Below are positions 42,117 through 55,630 of a stretch of 64,000 nucleotides of DNA, one piece after another. Every line of letters starts with the position of its first letter. Position 1 is the stretch's first letter. A program made the position numbers and the translations under genes. Location of the stretch: the NCBI GenBank assembly GCA_964057225.1, contig OZ059895.1, positions 18,166,001 through 18,230,000 on the forward strand. The letters are read 5' to 3'. The notes beneath the pieces are model-generated. The model worked only from the letters and a program-made list of their open reading frames with translations. It was not told the DNA's origin and did not search any database. This stretch comes from Auanema rhodensis. Lineage: Eukaryota; Animalia; Nematoda.

Positions 42117-43937
42117 AGCCGATCGGAAGCTCTGTTTTAAATTATTTATTTACACTTCATTGTAAATATTATAAATAAATTATTATTATCTGATAGTCTT
42201 TATAATGATTTTGAACGAAACATGAACTATTAAAGTTGAGTTGTTACCTAGCCTAAACAAGGCGTCCATCCTATATTTAAATAACAAAATTTTAAAACAA
42301 TACATATACAATCGTGGAAAGCATGGTTCTCTTAACAAGTTTTCTTCTTGTATTCAGTTTTCTTCTTGTATTCAGTTTTCAAATTGTTTGAAATATATGA
42401 TCTTATAAATTTTTTTCCTCAATAGTATTGAAACAACATGATGAATGATGCTCTTCAAGATTGTTATTATTCTTATTCAAAATATATGGTATAGTTATAG
42501 TATATATTGTAGATATACATGTGTATTTCTAATGTTTTTATATTTTATGATTTATGAATAAACTCTATTACTCACATATTTTTGTACTTAATAGTGATAA
42601 CTATGAATGTCAAATACCTTTTCCTTAAATCATTATTCAAACACATTCTTTTGAGTCATATAATCAGAAATAAATATATGTATTCTTTAATCTAACGTCA
42701 TAATTAAGCAAATAATTGTTAAGAATTTTAAAATTGAAGGAAATAATTTCAATTTCATTCATAATTATTTATTAAAATTAATATTTATTTCAATTGAATA
42801 ATGTAAAAGTTATTATATCATAACTTAACTATAACAGTACAAGCTTTATGTGTGATATAGTATGGGATGTAACCTTTCTCATGAAATAATCGATCAATAG
42901 CTTAGGTAACAAATGGAAAGAAACAATAAATTAGACAAAGGCTGTAACAAATTGGTTACATTCAAGAAACTAAGATTGAGACAGAGATAGACAATTTTCA
43001 GGCGAATATAATAGTGACAATGTTAGAGAACATGAGTAAAATACTTGTAATAAGATAGGTAGATAAAAGGAAAGAGAAAAGGAAAAAGAAAGAGAGAGAG
43101 AGGGAAGGAGAGAAAGAAAAAGAGAGAGAGAGAGAAAGAGAGAGAGAGAAAAAGAGAGAAAAAAAGGTAAAAAATCATGAAGAATTGCTTGAGAAATTTT
43201 CATTTCAATACCTTTGCTTTCGTTCTTCTGTTTGTCATACATGTCACTGTTATTCTTTGGTTCTTCCATTAATTGTTCCGTCACGTCTTTATCGTCAGTA
43301 AAGTTTAATTTTAGGTTGTAGTAAAATAAATGAATAAGAATATGATCAAATCATATGTGTTCTTGGTTGTTTAATCATGTTTTTCTAATCATAACTATAT
43401 GATATTAATATCAATTCATTCTTTATTATATAAGAATTATGTATTCACATTCATCTACAATTTTCATTTTTGACAAGAATGATTTAAAACATTTTGATCA
43501 TAATTTTTTGTTCATTCAAGTTTATTTAGAAGCATTATTTTATGAGATTATTACTTCGAAAACGCTTACAGCAATAATTTGTTGGCGAAGCAATGTTTTT
43601 GTTAATTTTCAAAGTTGATTTTGTTGACTGTGTTAAACTGTTGTTAATTATTCTTATGTATTTCTTTTTTTCATTTTCATATCACAAAATGCTTAGTAGC
43701 TGTGAGTTATTTTCTGAAAATAATGTCAAACATCTACCAATTTGTTAAAAAATTTAATTTATTTTTTTAATCTTATTCTCATTAACAGGTTATAAACTAT
43801 ATTTATCTCTACCTTTCATATCTATAATAATTTGGGAACCTATAAAACAATTATTTCTTCATCTCTTTCGTTTTGCAATTAAAACACCTATTTATTAGTA
43901 GCTAATATACAACAAACATACATTTTATTAGCAAATA

Positions 43938-45331
43938 TTATTTGAATAGAAAAGAGATTTTGTTGGTAATATTTTTTGCCAAACAGCTCCGATCGTTTGC
44001 TACGAAAGGAATTTCGTTACAGGCTCCATTTCCATATTTGTCAATCTGAAAATGATTGGAGAGATGAATCGATTTTCGAGAAAACCTACTGGAATTCCTA
44101 AATGCCAACGATGATCACAGTATGTTCTTAGTTCAGGGATGGTAGTCAGATAAAGGTACTTGTCGATACAGGTTGGATCTTCGTTGATTGGTGCTCCAGT
44201 ACATACTTTATGATCGTAAATGGCTGCCAAACTGGTTCTGTTGTAGAAGCTGAGAAGTTAAAGATGAGCAGGTCATATAGTTTGGATAAAACATACTGAA
44301 GTTCAGTACCGTGATGATAATATGTGTTGTTGGTGCTCGTGGAGCAACGTGGCTTCTGTAAAATATTAGGAAGTTGGATTTGTCTAGTGCAGTCTGGAAT
44401 ACGGGGAACTATATCCATACCGCTAGTGATCCGAATTCTAAAAGCTTCTATTATTCAAGAGCTGAAAAACATTTCATACGCATCAGGGAACATGCTATCA
44501 ACAGTGAGAGCAAAGTCTCTGAAACCAACTCTGGGCTCTCCAAAGGTCAAAAGCTTGATACGAGATGTTGGGATGTTTGATTCTGAAAACAGTCAACAAA
44601 TTTTAGTTTCAAGCTTCAACTTGAAATACCCTTGTTGGCTCGAACAGCAGTAGTCGTAGCAAGGGCAGCTCCAAGGGAGTGACCAGTGAAGATGAGCGTA
44701 TGAGACTGAAAGCATTTTTCCGGATAAGTTTTTACTATTCTGCACTTACATCATATTTTGGATCCAAAATACGGTTAGAGATCAGCTGCCAAATAATATC
44801 ACTGGCAACTGCAAAATAGCCGTTAACCTGAAATATTTATTATCAGAACTTCGAGCTTATAATCCTTATTCTACTTTTCCGATTCCCACGAGGGGGACAG
44901 GTTGGAAAGCCTTGACAAACTCCTCAAGTAATTGAATTTTCCCGACAGTTCCTCGTTGAGCAATAATAATAGTTTTTGTATCAGGATATTCAACTGAAAT
45001 AGGAGTTATTAACAATATAAAGCTTAAGCTTATTTTTGATTTTACCAGCTACAACTCGGCAAGTGTTGTCCGTGGAGTCACATAAAACTTCTTCATCCAA
45101 AATCAAGTTGTATTCTCCAGTGTTTGATTGAGTTTGAATGTTGCTGAAAAAAGCTTTTCTGAAGTTTCAAACTCATCCAGCATACCTTAAGCAGGTATTC
45201 ATGTCACCATCTTTAGAGAAAGTTGCACCAGTCACACGGGCAAGCAATAATGCTTCATTCAAGTCGAACTGGACTTGGGCATGACCGAAATTGAGAAAAG
45301 ATATAAGGATCAGTAATCCTTTGAAAACCAT
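43938..45331 (-). CDS. Secreted class 3 lipase, copy B
   Basis: Same exon structure as copy A, with FTGHSLGAALA and MDIVPRIP. It ends NDRSCLAKNITNKISFLFK*. No frameshift or premature stop was seen. Confidence 0.92.
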
Positions 45332-47177
45332 AACTTTTCCAAATTTTTAAATTTTGGAAAAAAGTTTAGGATGAAGAAGGAGGAACAGTTGTTGAAAAGC
45401 TTAACAGCAAGCAATCTGAGTTGTGATATTCGTGGTTGAACAAGCCTTATATAGGATGGTTTCAGAAAATAAATAATAATTATTATAATCTCTTATATAT
45501 AATCTTTTACTTATAAAACCAAAAAAAAAACCAAACACGCAAAACAAATTACATCTATTCTGAATAATTTAGATGTTATTTCGCACTTTTAAACTCATTA
45601 CCTATTGTTTTATAAAGAGCTTATGTTAATATGACATTTATTTTAATTATATATTATATTTTAATATATTACAACTTATATTCATATATTCACTGATGGT
45701 TATTTTTCAAATTATCAATTATTGACCCCTTTTGTTTCATATATCGAATAACAGTCCTCTTTCACTGTCGAACTTATATTCATACGTTTTATATAAATGT
45801 ATTTATATATACATATACATATTCTATGTACATTAACATGTACCATATGTTACTTTAGACATAGACGCTGATATTTAAATAGTAAAGTTCACTTAAACTA
45901 CTCAAACTCATTAAGATCATATAGTATATTACATGTTATAACTAGACATCAATCTATCATTTTTCATTCAAATCATAGAGTATAGTTCTTTTTTCTTAAA
46001 CATATACAATATGTGTTTACCGGAAAGAATAAGGTCAAGATATCTGTGACGTCATGCAGAATCTATATTTTGTTCAAATGTATAGCTTAAACGTCACAAA
46101 TCGCTGCATCCTTTTATTGATCCTAGTTAAAACTAGTAAAAAATGGGATTATTCGTGGGAATTGAATCAAATAGAATAAAACAAAAATTGAAAATTGAAA
46201 ATATAGCTATATAAACTTACTTGTCATGCATTCAGTTGCTATGACAATATTATTAATCTCAAATAACATATAATTGCATATCTATTTATGTGTCTATGCA
46301 TTTCTTTTATTCTTTTTTTTTTAAATATTCATATAATATTATAGTTAAAATCATTCATTAATATTATTTTATATATATATTATAATAATAATAACTAGCT
46401 AATATTCAGTTAATTATAATGAGAAAATTATGTTCATTCGGCTACATGTCGTTAATCATCATATGCTCCTCACATCTCACTCAGCCTTTTCTAATTCTTC
46501 CAAGGTCACCATCATTAGACAGGCTCCTGCTGCGTTCATCGTTCATTGTGCTTTTTTTTAAATAAACAACGCCATGTGCATGCTACATTGCCCATCCTTC
46601 GCATGTTCAAGCTTTTTTAATTGGCTATTAGGTTATGTACGTAAGATATGAGCAGTTGAAACACGATGTATGTGTTTCACATTTTAATGAATGTGCTCCA
46701 TGCTTCTTTTCGTTTTTCCAATCAATTCTTCCCCTCTCCTTGCCCTGTGCTTTGAACAGCTACTGCAACTACTCCTCATCACATTGCTTCTGCACAGCAC
46801 GGACGCCTGAAGCTCAATTCAATGCTTGATTTTGCTTTCATTTTTTCTTTCAATATTTAATGAATTCCTTATCTTTAAATTTTTTTCTCTTAAGCACTTT
46901 AGCTCAAACGATCCGAATATTTTTTTTTCATAGAATTCATATTGAACGCAAGAATACCTGATCTAGTGTTTGTCTAGATATTTATCTCTTCAACTACCTT
47001 AAATATTTGAATATCTCTAAGTAATTAACCAAAAAAAAGTAATAAAATATTTATTAGAAGAATTTATAAATTCTTCTTATATCTCTATCAAATCTTATAT
47101 TTCTCTGTTTTATGTATATATAATTCATACATTTTATTTTCATTTTCAGCTTTTCAGTTCAATATATAATTAAATAA

Positions 47178-48877
47178 ATGCCCAGAAGAACTGCTGTGAA
47201 TACTTTGATTAATTTTGTGCCAAGTCAAGAAGCATGGATCATTGAGCGTATGGGACGTTTTCATAAAATTCTTGAACCAGTTAGTTTAATTAATCCATTT
47301 TTAAATTTTTTATTTCAAGTATATGTGTTTAGGGATTAAACTTTCTCATTCCATGTATAGATGATATACGTTATGTTCAAAGCTTAAAAGAAGAAGCTAT
47401 TGAGATTCCTCAGCAAGGAGCAATTACATTGGATAATGTACAAGTTCAGCTTGATGGTGTTTTATATTTGAAAGTTGTTGATCCATATAAAGCATCCTAT
47501 GGAGTCGATGATCCTGAATATGCTGTCAGCCAATTAGCTCAAACTACAATGAGATCAGAAGTAAGCATCTTCTCTATTGAAGCATTAACAGCTCTTCATT
47601 TAAAAAATAAATGCAAATTTCGATCTTCATTTTGAATATTATTTTGAAATTAAAGCTTAATTACCAGTGCTGCTGAAAGCTATACGGAAGACATTATTTG
47701 CTTATAGGTAGGAAAGATTGTTTTGGACACCGTTTTCAAAGAGCGTGAACAGTTGAATTATCACATCGTAGCTGCTATCAATAAAGCCGCAGAACCTTGG
47801 GGCATTATGTGCTTACGATATGAAATTCGTAAGCTACATCTTCATTTTTACAACTAAATTGTGTAAACTTATAGGTGATATGCACATGCCACATAAGATC
47901 CAAGAAGCTATGCAAATGCAGGTATGTACTGTTACAATACATTTTTTTCCATTTTCAGAAAAAAAAATTCTAAAAATTTGCATTAACAACAAACAGAATA
48001 TCTGATAGTCACATTGGTAATAAAACATATTTTTTGAATAACAAAGGGTGAATAGGTCAGATTCAATTGAATAGTACATGTTTGAGGTCATTTCGCAGAG
48101 ACCTCTATGCTATTCAATGAAATAAGAAAATCAAAGGGTCTTCATAAATATTTAATAAATGCTACAATATAATTATATTTTTAACAAAATATATCAATAT
48201 TATAATATTCTATTTAATTTGAAGGTTGAAGCTGAACGTAAAAAAAGAGCAGCTGTTTTAGATTCAGAAGGAAAACGGTAAGTCCTTCTGTCGTCTTGTT
48301 TAAATTAATGAATTAAATCAAATAATATTATATTATGTATGTATTTGAATATAGAGCTGCAGCTATAAATTTGGCTGAAGGAGAAAAACGTTCAAAAATC
48401 TTAGCGTCAGAAGCTAAAGAAGCTGAACAGGTTAGATATTTTTGTTTAAATTCACTTGTGTAGTATTGAATTTGGCATATTTCTTCTCGCCAAGAGTATA
48501 TTTCACGAGTTTCAGATCAACATTGCTAGAGGAGAAGCAGAAGCACTGAGAATAAATGCTGAAGCTCGTGCAACAGCTATAGAACGTATAAGTGCTGCAT
48601 TAAAAAAAGATGTAAGCTGGTTCAATACATTTTTGAATAATTTTTCTATAATTGATGAATTATCTTTTGAAATTAATGAATTTAATGAATCAATTAACAG
48701 GATGGCTCTGCGGCCTCATTAACATTGGCCGAAAAATATATTGAGGCTTTCTCAAACTTGGCTCAGCAAGGCAATACGATTATTTTGCCCTCAAATTTGA
48801 ATGATCCAGCTGCTATGGTATCACAAGCTTTAGGTGTCTACCATGCCATCACCAAACAGACTACTGGTACTCATTAG
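47178..48877 (+). CDS. stl-1: Stomatin-like protein 2 (SPFH/Band-7; STOML2/stl-1 type)
   Basis: NTLINFVPSQEAWIIERMGRFHKILEPG, IRYVQSLKEEAIEIPQQGAITLDNV, ASYGVDDPEYAVSQLAQTTMRSEVGK, WGIMCLRYEI, QMQVEAERKKRA, and the Band_7_C segment AEKYIEAFSNLAQQGNTIILPSN. TAG at 48875-48877. Confidence 0.92.
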
Positions 48878-49873
48878 AATTTTTTTCTTTTTTATTTATA
48901 TTGGAGTGTTTCTTGCACAATCTTCTATTGCCTAAGTATTAAATATATTTCAAAAAAAAAAAGTATTTTGATTGAATATTTGGTAGTTTTAATCATGCTA
49001 TATACATATAACATTTAATTAACCATAAGCATAGTTAACAAACTTCATTTCAAATATGTTTCCTTCTGGGCATATTTCAACTTTGAATCTCACTGCCGCA
49101 CTTTGTCTATAAAAATTTGAAAAAACGAAATTCAATTTAGAATTTCATCATGATGACGTTCATTCATTCACCACCATTTCCAACCCCTGAAGGAAGCATC
49201 TCATCTCAGCTTCTTATCTATTTTTATTTATTTTCGTTTTCTTTTACATAATATTATACTTAAATATTTTGTTTAAAATTAATTTTTATTCTTTTTAGTT
49301 GTAAATGTATAGCACCGGGAAATTGTAAAGGCGAAATATACAGAAAATTAATATTGAGAAAAGAAAAATGTTTAAATTAGGATGATTGAATTAGAGAAAA
49401 AGTTATAAAAAATTTCATAATTGAAAGTGAGTGAAATGAGATGAGAAATGAATGTAGATTGAAGAAATTTTGAAATTTTAATAATGATTAATTGAAATAA
49501 CAATTTCAAAAAGTTTGTTTTCAAAATTAGCTCACATTTCACTCACACTGATAACACACACATATACAAATATACGTATAAACTATATGTATTATACTAT
49601 ATACAGTCATGTGCAATTAAAGTCGGACAGTAGTCTTTAAAGGGCCACAAAGACTTCAAGCAGTTATTTATAATTTTGGATACCCCAAATGTTACTTAGA
49701 AACTTGATTAATTAATTTTTTCTGAATCTTTCGAATAAGTTTCCAACTTTTATCGCACATGACTGCACAAACTTAATTGTATTATATATATATATTTAAT
49801 ATGTTATTATGTACAAACATTTTTCGTTTTTGAGAATGACATTTGATGTGGAAAAATTTCGAACTTTTGACTT

Positions 49874-51164
49874 TCAAATTCGGATATGGAAAGTACGTAT
49901 AAAATCTGGTGATCGACTGACTACATGCTCAAATTCTGCGTAGTTAATACGGTCATCACCGTCTAAATCAGCTTCTTCAATTATCTAGAAAAAAACATAT
50001 GGTTAACATAAAGTTGGAGATACACATGAGGAATCAACTAACCCTTTCTATGATGAATTCAACTTCTTCGTCTGTGAGTTCATCTCTCGTTAAGCTTCGG
50101 ATCATTTTTGATAAATCGTCATGACCAAGATGATCATCACTATCGAAATCTAAAACAAATACCCGATAAGCTATTACGAATTATGATTTCTGACTATACC
50201 GTATATTCGAAAAGCATATTTCAATTTCAGTTGTAATGGAGCCATTTCAGAAAATACAGAGAACATGTCTAAGAAATCATCAAAAGTAAGGTTTCCTCGT
50301 CCATCATCTGAGAATACTTCGCAGATACGCCGACGAAATGGGTTTTCCTAAAACAAATTCAATAGATAATTTGAACATTTCAAAGTTTGCATTTGGACCA
50401 TCTGCTATGATGCAGCAAAAATTTCAAGCATGATAAGCATATCACAGTAACCTGTCACACAACTCAGTCAGAAGACATCTGATTGAGATACACTCAATCA
50501 TATCGCTGAAGTCTCTGTGTGATTGTTTTGTTGCAGAAACAACATCAGCAGCACCGTTAAGACAATTACATCCAAAAGCTGAACGTTACTTACTCGCAAC
50601 TCAGGCATTTTCTCTATCTCCTCAAACGTTAGAGACACAATTGATGGTCTGTTTCCTTGCATATTTGTTGGAACTTTTTGTGGATTTAGAGCATAAAATC
50701 GTTTATATAGCCGAATAATATCTTTTCGTGTAAAAAATGTGCAATCCTGAAAATTAGAAATATTTATTTGGAAACGCAATTGGCTGAAAATTTAATTTTG
50801 AATTTGAAAAAAACAGAATTCTTTTCTTTTTTATTTTTTTTAGTTTCTTTTTACTTCACAATAAAATTTTAGACAGATTTGAAATAATTCTACAATGGAT
50901 GGGTTAGTGTACAGAAAGCTTGAACAATGAGGATTGGAAGTTTATGTCTAAAACTTATTTCACATCGAATCGTATTTGTTTGCAGCTCAGCACAATAAAG
51001 TTTTCTTTTTTCTTTTATCGAAAAAGAAATAAATAATAGCTTTTGATGAATATAAATAAAAAATCAAAATAGAATACCTGATATTCATCCAGCTGTTCTC
51101 GAGTAAAGACACCGCCTTTGGAAAATAAATTCAAATCCGACAGCGAACTGCCGCTGTTACCCAT
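49874..51164 (-). CDS. calm-1: Calcium- and integrin-binding (CIB) EF-hand protein
   Basis: MGNSGSS (myristoylation-type start), [94 protein letters not shown]. The C-terminus is typical of CIB2/3. Confidence 0.95.
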
Positions 51165-53408
51165 TAGGAAAAACTGAAGGCAAAATGATAAATGGTGATT
51201 ATATGAAAGTTTTATAAAGCCAAATAAAACTGCAATTCAAGAAATTGAAGAATAAATGGAAATGAAACTCTATTTCAAAGCAAAGGAATAACATGAGAGT
51301 CGAAGCAGACATTCTAATGATAGACTAAATTGATTTGATAAACAAAAATATGTTGAAGTATGTATAAAAAGAAAATACTAGGGAATAATGAAGTAGAGGA
51401 ACAAGGGAAGTCAAATAGATACAGAGAGATAGAGATAGACAGGGGATGGATGAAATATAAATTGATTCTTGAGGTTGTCAGCTATTTAGAAAATAAAATT
51501 TTGAACGAAATCTGAGACTGTTTTCTTGAGTTTCTTTTTCTTTCAAATTCATTTTTCATTTTTTCATTAAGAAAACTGATGATTTTTTCATTCAATTCGT
51601 CAGCTGACAAGACGATTGACGTCGATAGATCCAATGTTATCGAGGGAAGTGGTTGTGAAAAACGTTTATACAGTTCATTTGTTATTTTGACGATACATTC
51701 ATAATTTTGAAAATTCAATTATGTGAATTTAACTGTAAAAAATGAACAGTACATATAGTTTAAGGGTGTTAAAAAAGAAATTATAGAAAATAGAATTGGA
51801 CAAAAACATCTATTAAAATAAATTTATTTCTTTTATATTTTAATTATAATAATAATAATTAAATAATATTTATTATGCACCTAATATATTGAACTTGAAT
51901 CTTTTATTAATTTAACATTGAGGCTGTTTATTTGTTTTGAGTTAGAATGCTTTAAAGCATTTACTAAAAACATAAATTGCTATTTAAAGATATAATGAAT
52001 ACATTTTTTATCTACATATTAAAATAAAATTCACTGTAAATAATAAATTAAATATAAAAAGTTAAATGAATGACTTGTTAGTTTTTGAAAATAACAAGAA
52101 AAGAAATTGTCTCGATTTATTGGCAGAAAATGCTGGAGGCAATTGGTTGAGAGATGTGCATAGCCTGGTTGGGTGATGTGTGGGGGAGAACAGATAGATT
52201 GGAAACAGAGAGAAAGTGGAAAAGAGAATGAGGGATAGAGAGAAAGAGGGATTGTGCAAGAGAAAACGGAAAATAGACGAGAGAAAGGGGATCTTTAATG
52301 TGGAAGAAGGGATAGTATGTTGTCTACCAGTCTGCACTCTATTTCTCAGTTTTTCTCTTCTTTTCTTACTTTATCTATATCTTTGGCTGTCTCTCTATGA
52401 CATCATTTAACTTTCTAATATTTCATTTTCTCTCATTCTCTCTTAGGCTTTCACTCTCTTCATCAAGTGCACTCTCTCAATCGATGCAGCTGACTACTGC
52501 CGGTATGATGATTGCTAGATAGTACAAACAGATATATGATATCTGAGAGAGCAACAGAGAATAAGAAGAATTCATTGTAAAATGGACATTTCATTATCAA
52601 GTTGAGAGAACAGACAATGACTTGCATTACATAGTAAGGAACACATCGAAGAATGGACATTGGCAGGTCAAAAACCTCAATTTCGCACCCCTCCCATTTC
52701 AATTCCCCCAAAACGTTTCAAAAAGAATATGCAAAGATGTAATCATTAGATTTGTGGTTAGTTTATGTATGATATAGTAATAGTAAAGATATGAGTAAAA
52801 TATAAAGAGAAAGATAGCAACAAAGTATTAGTGTGTATAGGAGAAAGAGAGACAAAGATGAAAAAGGAATGCATTTGCTTTGGGAGAAGGATGAATGTCC
52901 TTTGAGACTGGATCAACATATGAAAACATTTCACTGACTTAAGCCTTCAACTATATGAAATATTTATTTCAATTCTATGTTAAACTACAATTACAAAAAA
53001 GAAGTTAATTAGAAACGTTATTAATATTAATATGCATAAACAAGATTAAGCAAAAAGTAGATTCATAAAAGATAATTATTTTCCAGTAAAATCAATTTTT
53101 TTGACCATTTTCTTATTTTTATTATATAAAAGCAGTAAAATAGCTTTTAACACAAGCTATAAATGGCGTTTGCAGTTTAAAGTTGTCTACCAATTCAATC
53201 AACCGAGCTTCCGTTTGTTGCTCCAGTTGACGAATGGCTTACTAGCTAAGGGAGTACATGAGCAGAGCAATCAAAGGAAATATATTGTTGAGGTAGAGAG
53301 GTGGATGGAGATCAAAAGAGAGCGTTGCTTTAGCTCAATTGAACTTGAAGCCAAATTAAAAATTAAACCGAGCAAAAACATTAAACAGGTCGTATTTGTG
53401 TCCCAGTT

Positions 53409-55559
53409 CTAAAAGCGTGGAATGCCATCCTGTTCAGCAAGAGCAGCTCTCTTCAAATTCTCAATGATTGTTGTCTGATCTACATATTCAAAGACATTAG
53501 GCGCTGAAAACAGAATTCCCATTGTGCCAGTAGCTGTTACTGAAATCATAATTATGTATAAAATATAATATTTGATATAAAAATAATTTAACATTTAAAA
53601 ATATATCATAAATTGCCTATTAAAATCTTATGTGCAGCTGTTCCCGTGAAAAATACACAAAGAGCAAAATAAGTTTATCTTCTTTTTTAAATGAAATTTT
53701 TTTTCTGTTTTTATCGAAAATCAGTGGAAAACTTTTAGACGATATGGCTGAAGTTTTCAAATGGAAATCATGAAAAAAATATTTTGCACTTATTTTCGAG
53801 AGTTTTCTTCTAATATTTTGAACAGCATATATTTCTATTGCAATCTAAGAAGCTTTTATATTTTTGACAAATATACTTACCGGCAAAGAAAACATAAAGC
53901 AGAAGACGATCAACTACCATTGATACAAATTTCCATTCATCCCGTTGCTTAAATGTATGAAAAAATGGAAAATGTTATTTGGCTAAACCAACTCTTTTAT
54001 CGTTATTATCATGTGTTAGATGTTGAGTTATGTATTCAATAGCTTCGATTGCTTTTTTAGCATCATCCGATAAAGCTTCTTCTTTGTTTCCTGGCGTCAT
54101 AACAATGGATTTTTTACAATCATCATTCTGCAACGATAGTAGGTAAAGTATATCGAATGTTTTGTCTGAAATCAAACTATAATATACCGAATGACTGAGC
54201 TTCTTGTGAGGTTTACTATCTTCTAACTGAAAAAAACTATAATGTTGGAATCACTTCAAACACTACCTTTGTTTTGTCATCCTCAGGTCCGCGTACGTGA
54301 ATTTGTGGCATCGTTTTATTCATGGATCCGTAACTTGATTTAAATGATGATGAAGCTTTGCATGTTCTATCACGTCTAAGGGAAATTGAACTGCCATCCG
54401 GTGATTGTGGACGTTTCATTACGAGAAGCAATGGCAAATACTGGTAAATATTTGATTAATGAATTCCTAAATAGTAACAAACCTTGAGAAAAACTGTTCG
54501 AACCCATGGCTGCATTGTATGCGTGGCAGGACCACGAAAATATAAATTTATTATAATTACAGTAACCTGTTAACAAAAAGAAAATTATTTATGATATCAA
54601 CAAAAAGACTGTGTAATACCATGATGGTGATCATGTTCATAACAAATGTAAGTAAAAGATATTTAGCCATCAAAGGAATAGTGGAAGAAGTTGGAGGTAA
54701 AATCTATAAGGGAACATGAAAATAAAAATGGAATTCTCGAATATGAAATTTCATACCACACCTTTGATACTAAAAGCAGAAAAACAACAAGTGCTAATAA
54801 AATGCTTATAGCAAGTGTGATTTTCTCGCTAGCTTCACACGGTAAATAAAAAACGGACATTGACAAAAAAGCCATGAGTACGGTAGGCATTATGAGAATA
54901 ACAGTATAGAATAATGTTTTTCTGAAAAGTACATACAATTACTGAGGAATCTGATAGACAAGAGGAATCTGATAGAAAATACCGCCTGATACGTATTTGA
55001 TATGATATTTTAGACTTATTCTCGCGTAAATGTCCCGGAACTTCTAATACATCCCAAACACCACTAGGTGAGAAATCATTTAGCTCAGCCTACATCAGAC
55101 GAGAAAACCAAGATAGTTAAAACAAATGTTTCAAAAATACCTGTCTTTTTCCCTCGAGATAATCTATTTTTACCTCATCAAAATTAAATGTCCACGAACC
55201 AAATGTCAAACTACATACTTGTTCTTGAAGCCCCTGTTTCCAAAAGAATAAACTAAATTGAAAATGCAAACCATCAAACGGAAAAAATTCCACATCAATA
55301 ATACAGCTGCTTTTGTATACAGCTGGTGGAACCCACAACATTTCTCCGGTATGTTCCACTACTACGTTAGAATAGAAACTAACAAGATAATTACCGTCCG
55401 CACTGAAAAAGAAACAAAAAAAATTAATAAGAATCCAATAATATCAAACTTGTTAAATAAAACTATATCAGGCAACCAAACCTTCTCAGGGGGAACTCGA
55501 ATAGTTTTTATTCCTCCATATTCTCTTGGATCCCATTTCATTTGATAATCCGACCACCT
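53409..55559 (-). CDS. acr-3: Nicotinic acetylcholine receptor non-alpha subunit (UNC-29 group, most like ACR-3); 5' exons lie outside the window
   Basis: [22 protein letters not shown], Cys-loop [20 protein letters not shown], no vicinal Cys-Cys in loop C, TM1 [22 protein letters not shown]2 [41 protein letters not shown]4 [13 protein letters not shown], stop at 53409. The nAChR call is very secure. The acr-3 assignment is from remembered TM2/TM3 similarity and is less secure. Confidence 0.88.
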
Positions 55560-55612
55560 CTGAACAATAATAAAAGCACATCAACATTTAACAGAAAAAA
55601 ATTGAAAAAAAC

Positions 55613-55623
55613 AAAAACAAAAA
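55613..55623 (-). terminator. Pol III oligo-T terminator of the last tRNA-Ala copy (repeated in every unit)
   Basis: TTTTTGTTTT starts 7 nt after the discriminator base on the minus strand in every unit. Confidence 0.85.
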
Positions 55624-55630
55624 GGATTTC

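Larger units (their letters stand above)
40512..45564. repeat. Inverted segmental duplication: ~1.57-kb arms (40512-42083 and 43991-45564) around a ~1.9-kb unique spacer
   Basis: The arms are reverse complements with only a few dozen scattered differences at most, covering promoter, 5' UTR, exons and introns. The ORF track shows mirrored translations. Confidence 0.95.

Noticed and set aside
42338-42381. 18-bp tandem duplication (another at ~54945-54977)
   Set aside because: Ordinary local slippage duplications with no further structure.
41437-44653. ORFs antisense to the lipase genes
   Set aside because: They are shadow frames of the lipase exons, duplicated with the inverted repeat.
52505-52546. 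ATGATGA...CTGA resembling C/D snoRNA boxes
   Set aside because: The boxes are only ~40 nt apart with no terminal stem, and TGATGA is very frequent in this window.
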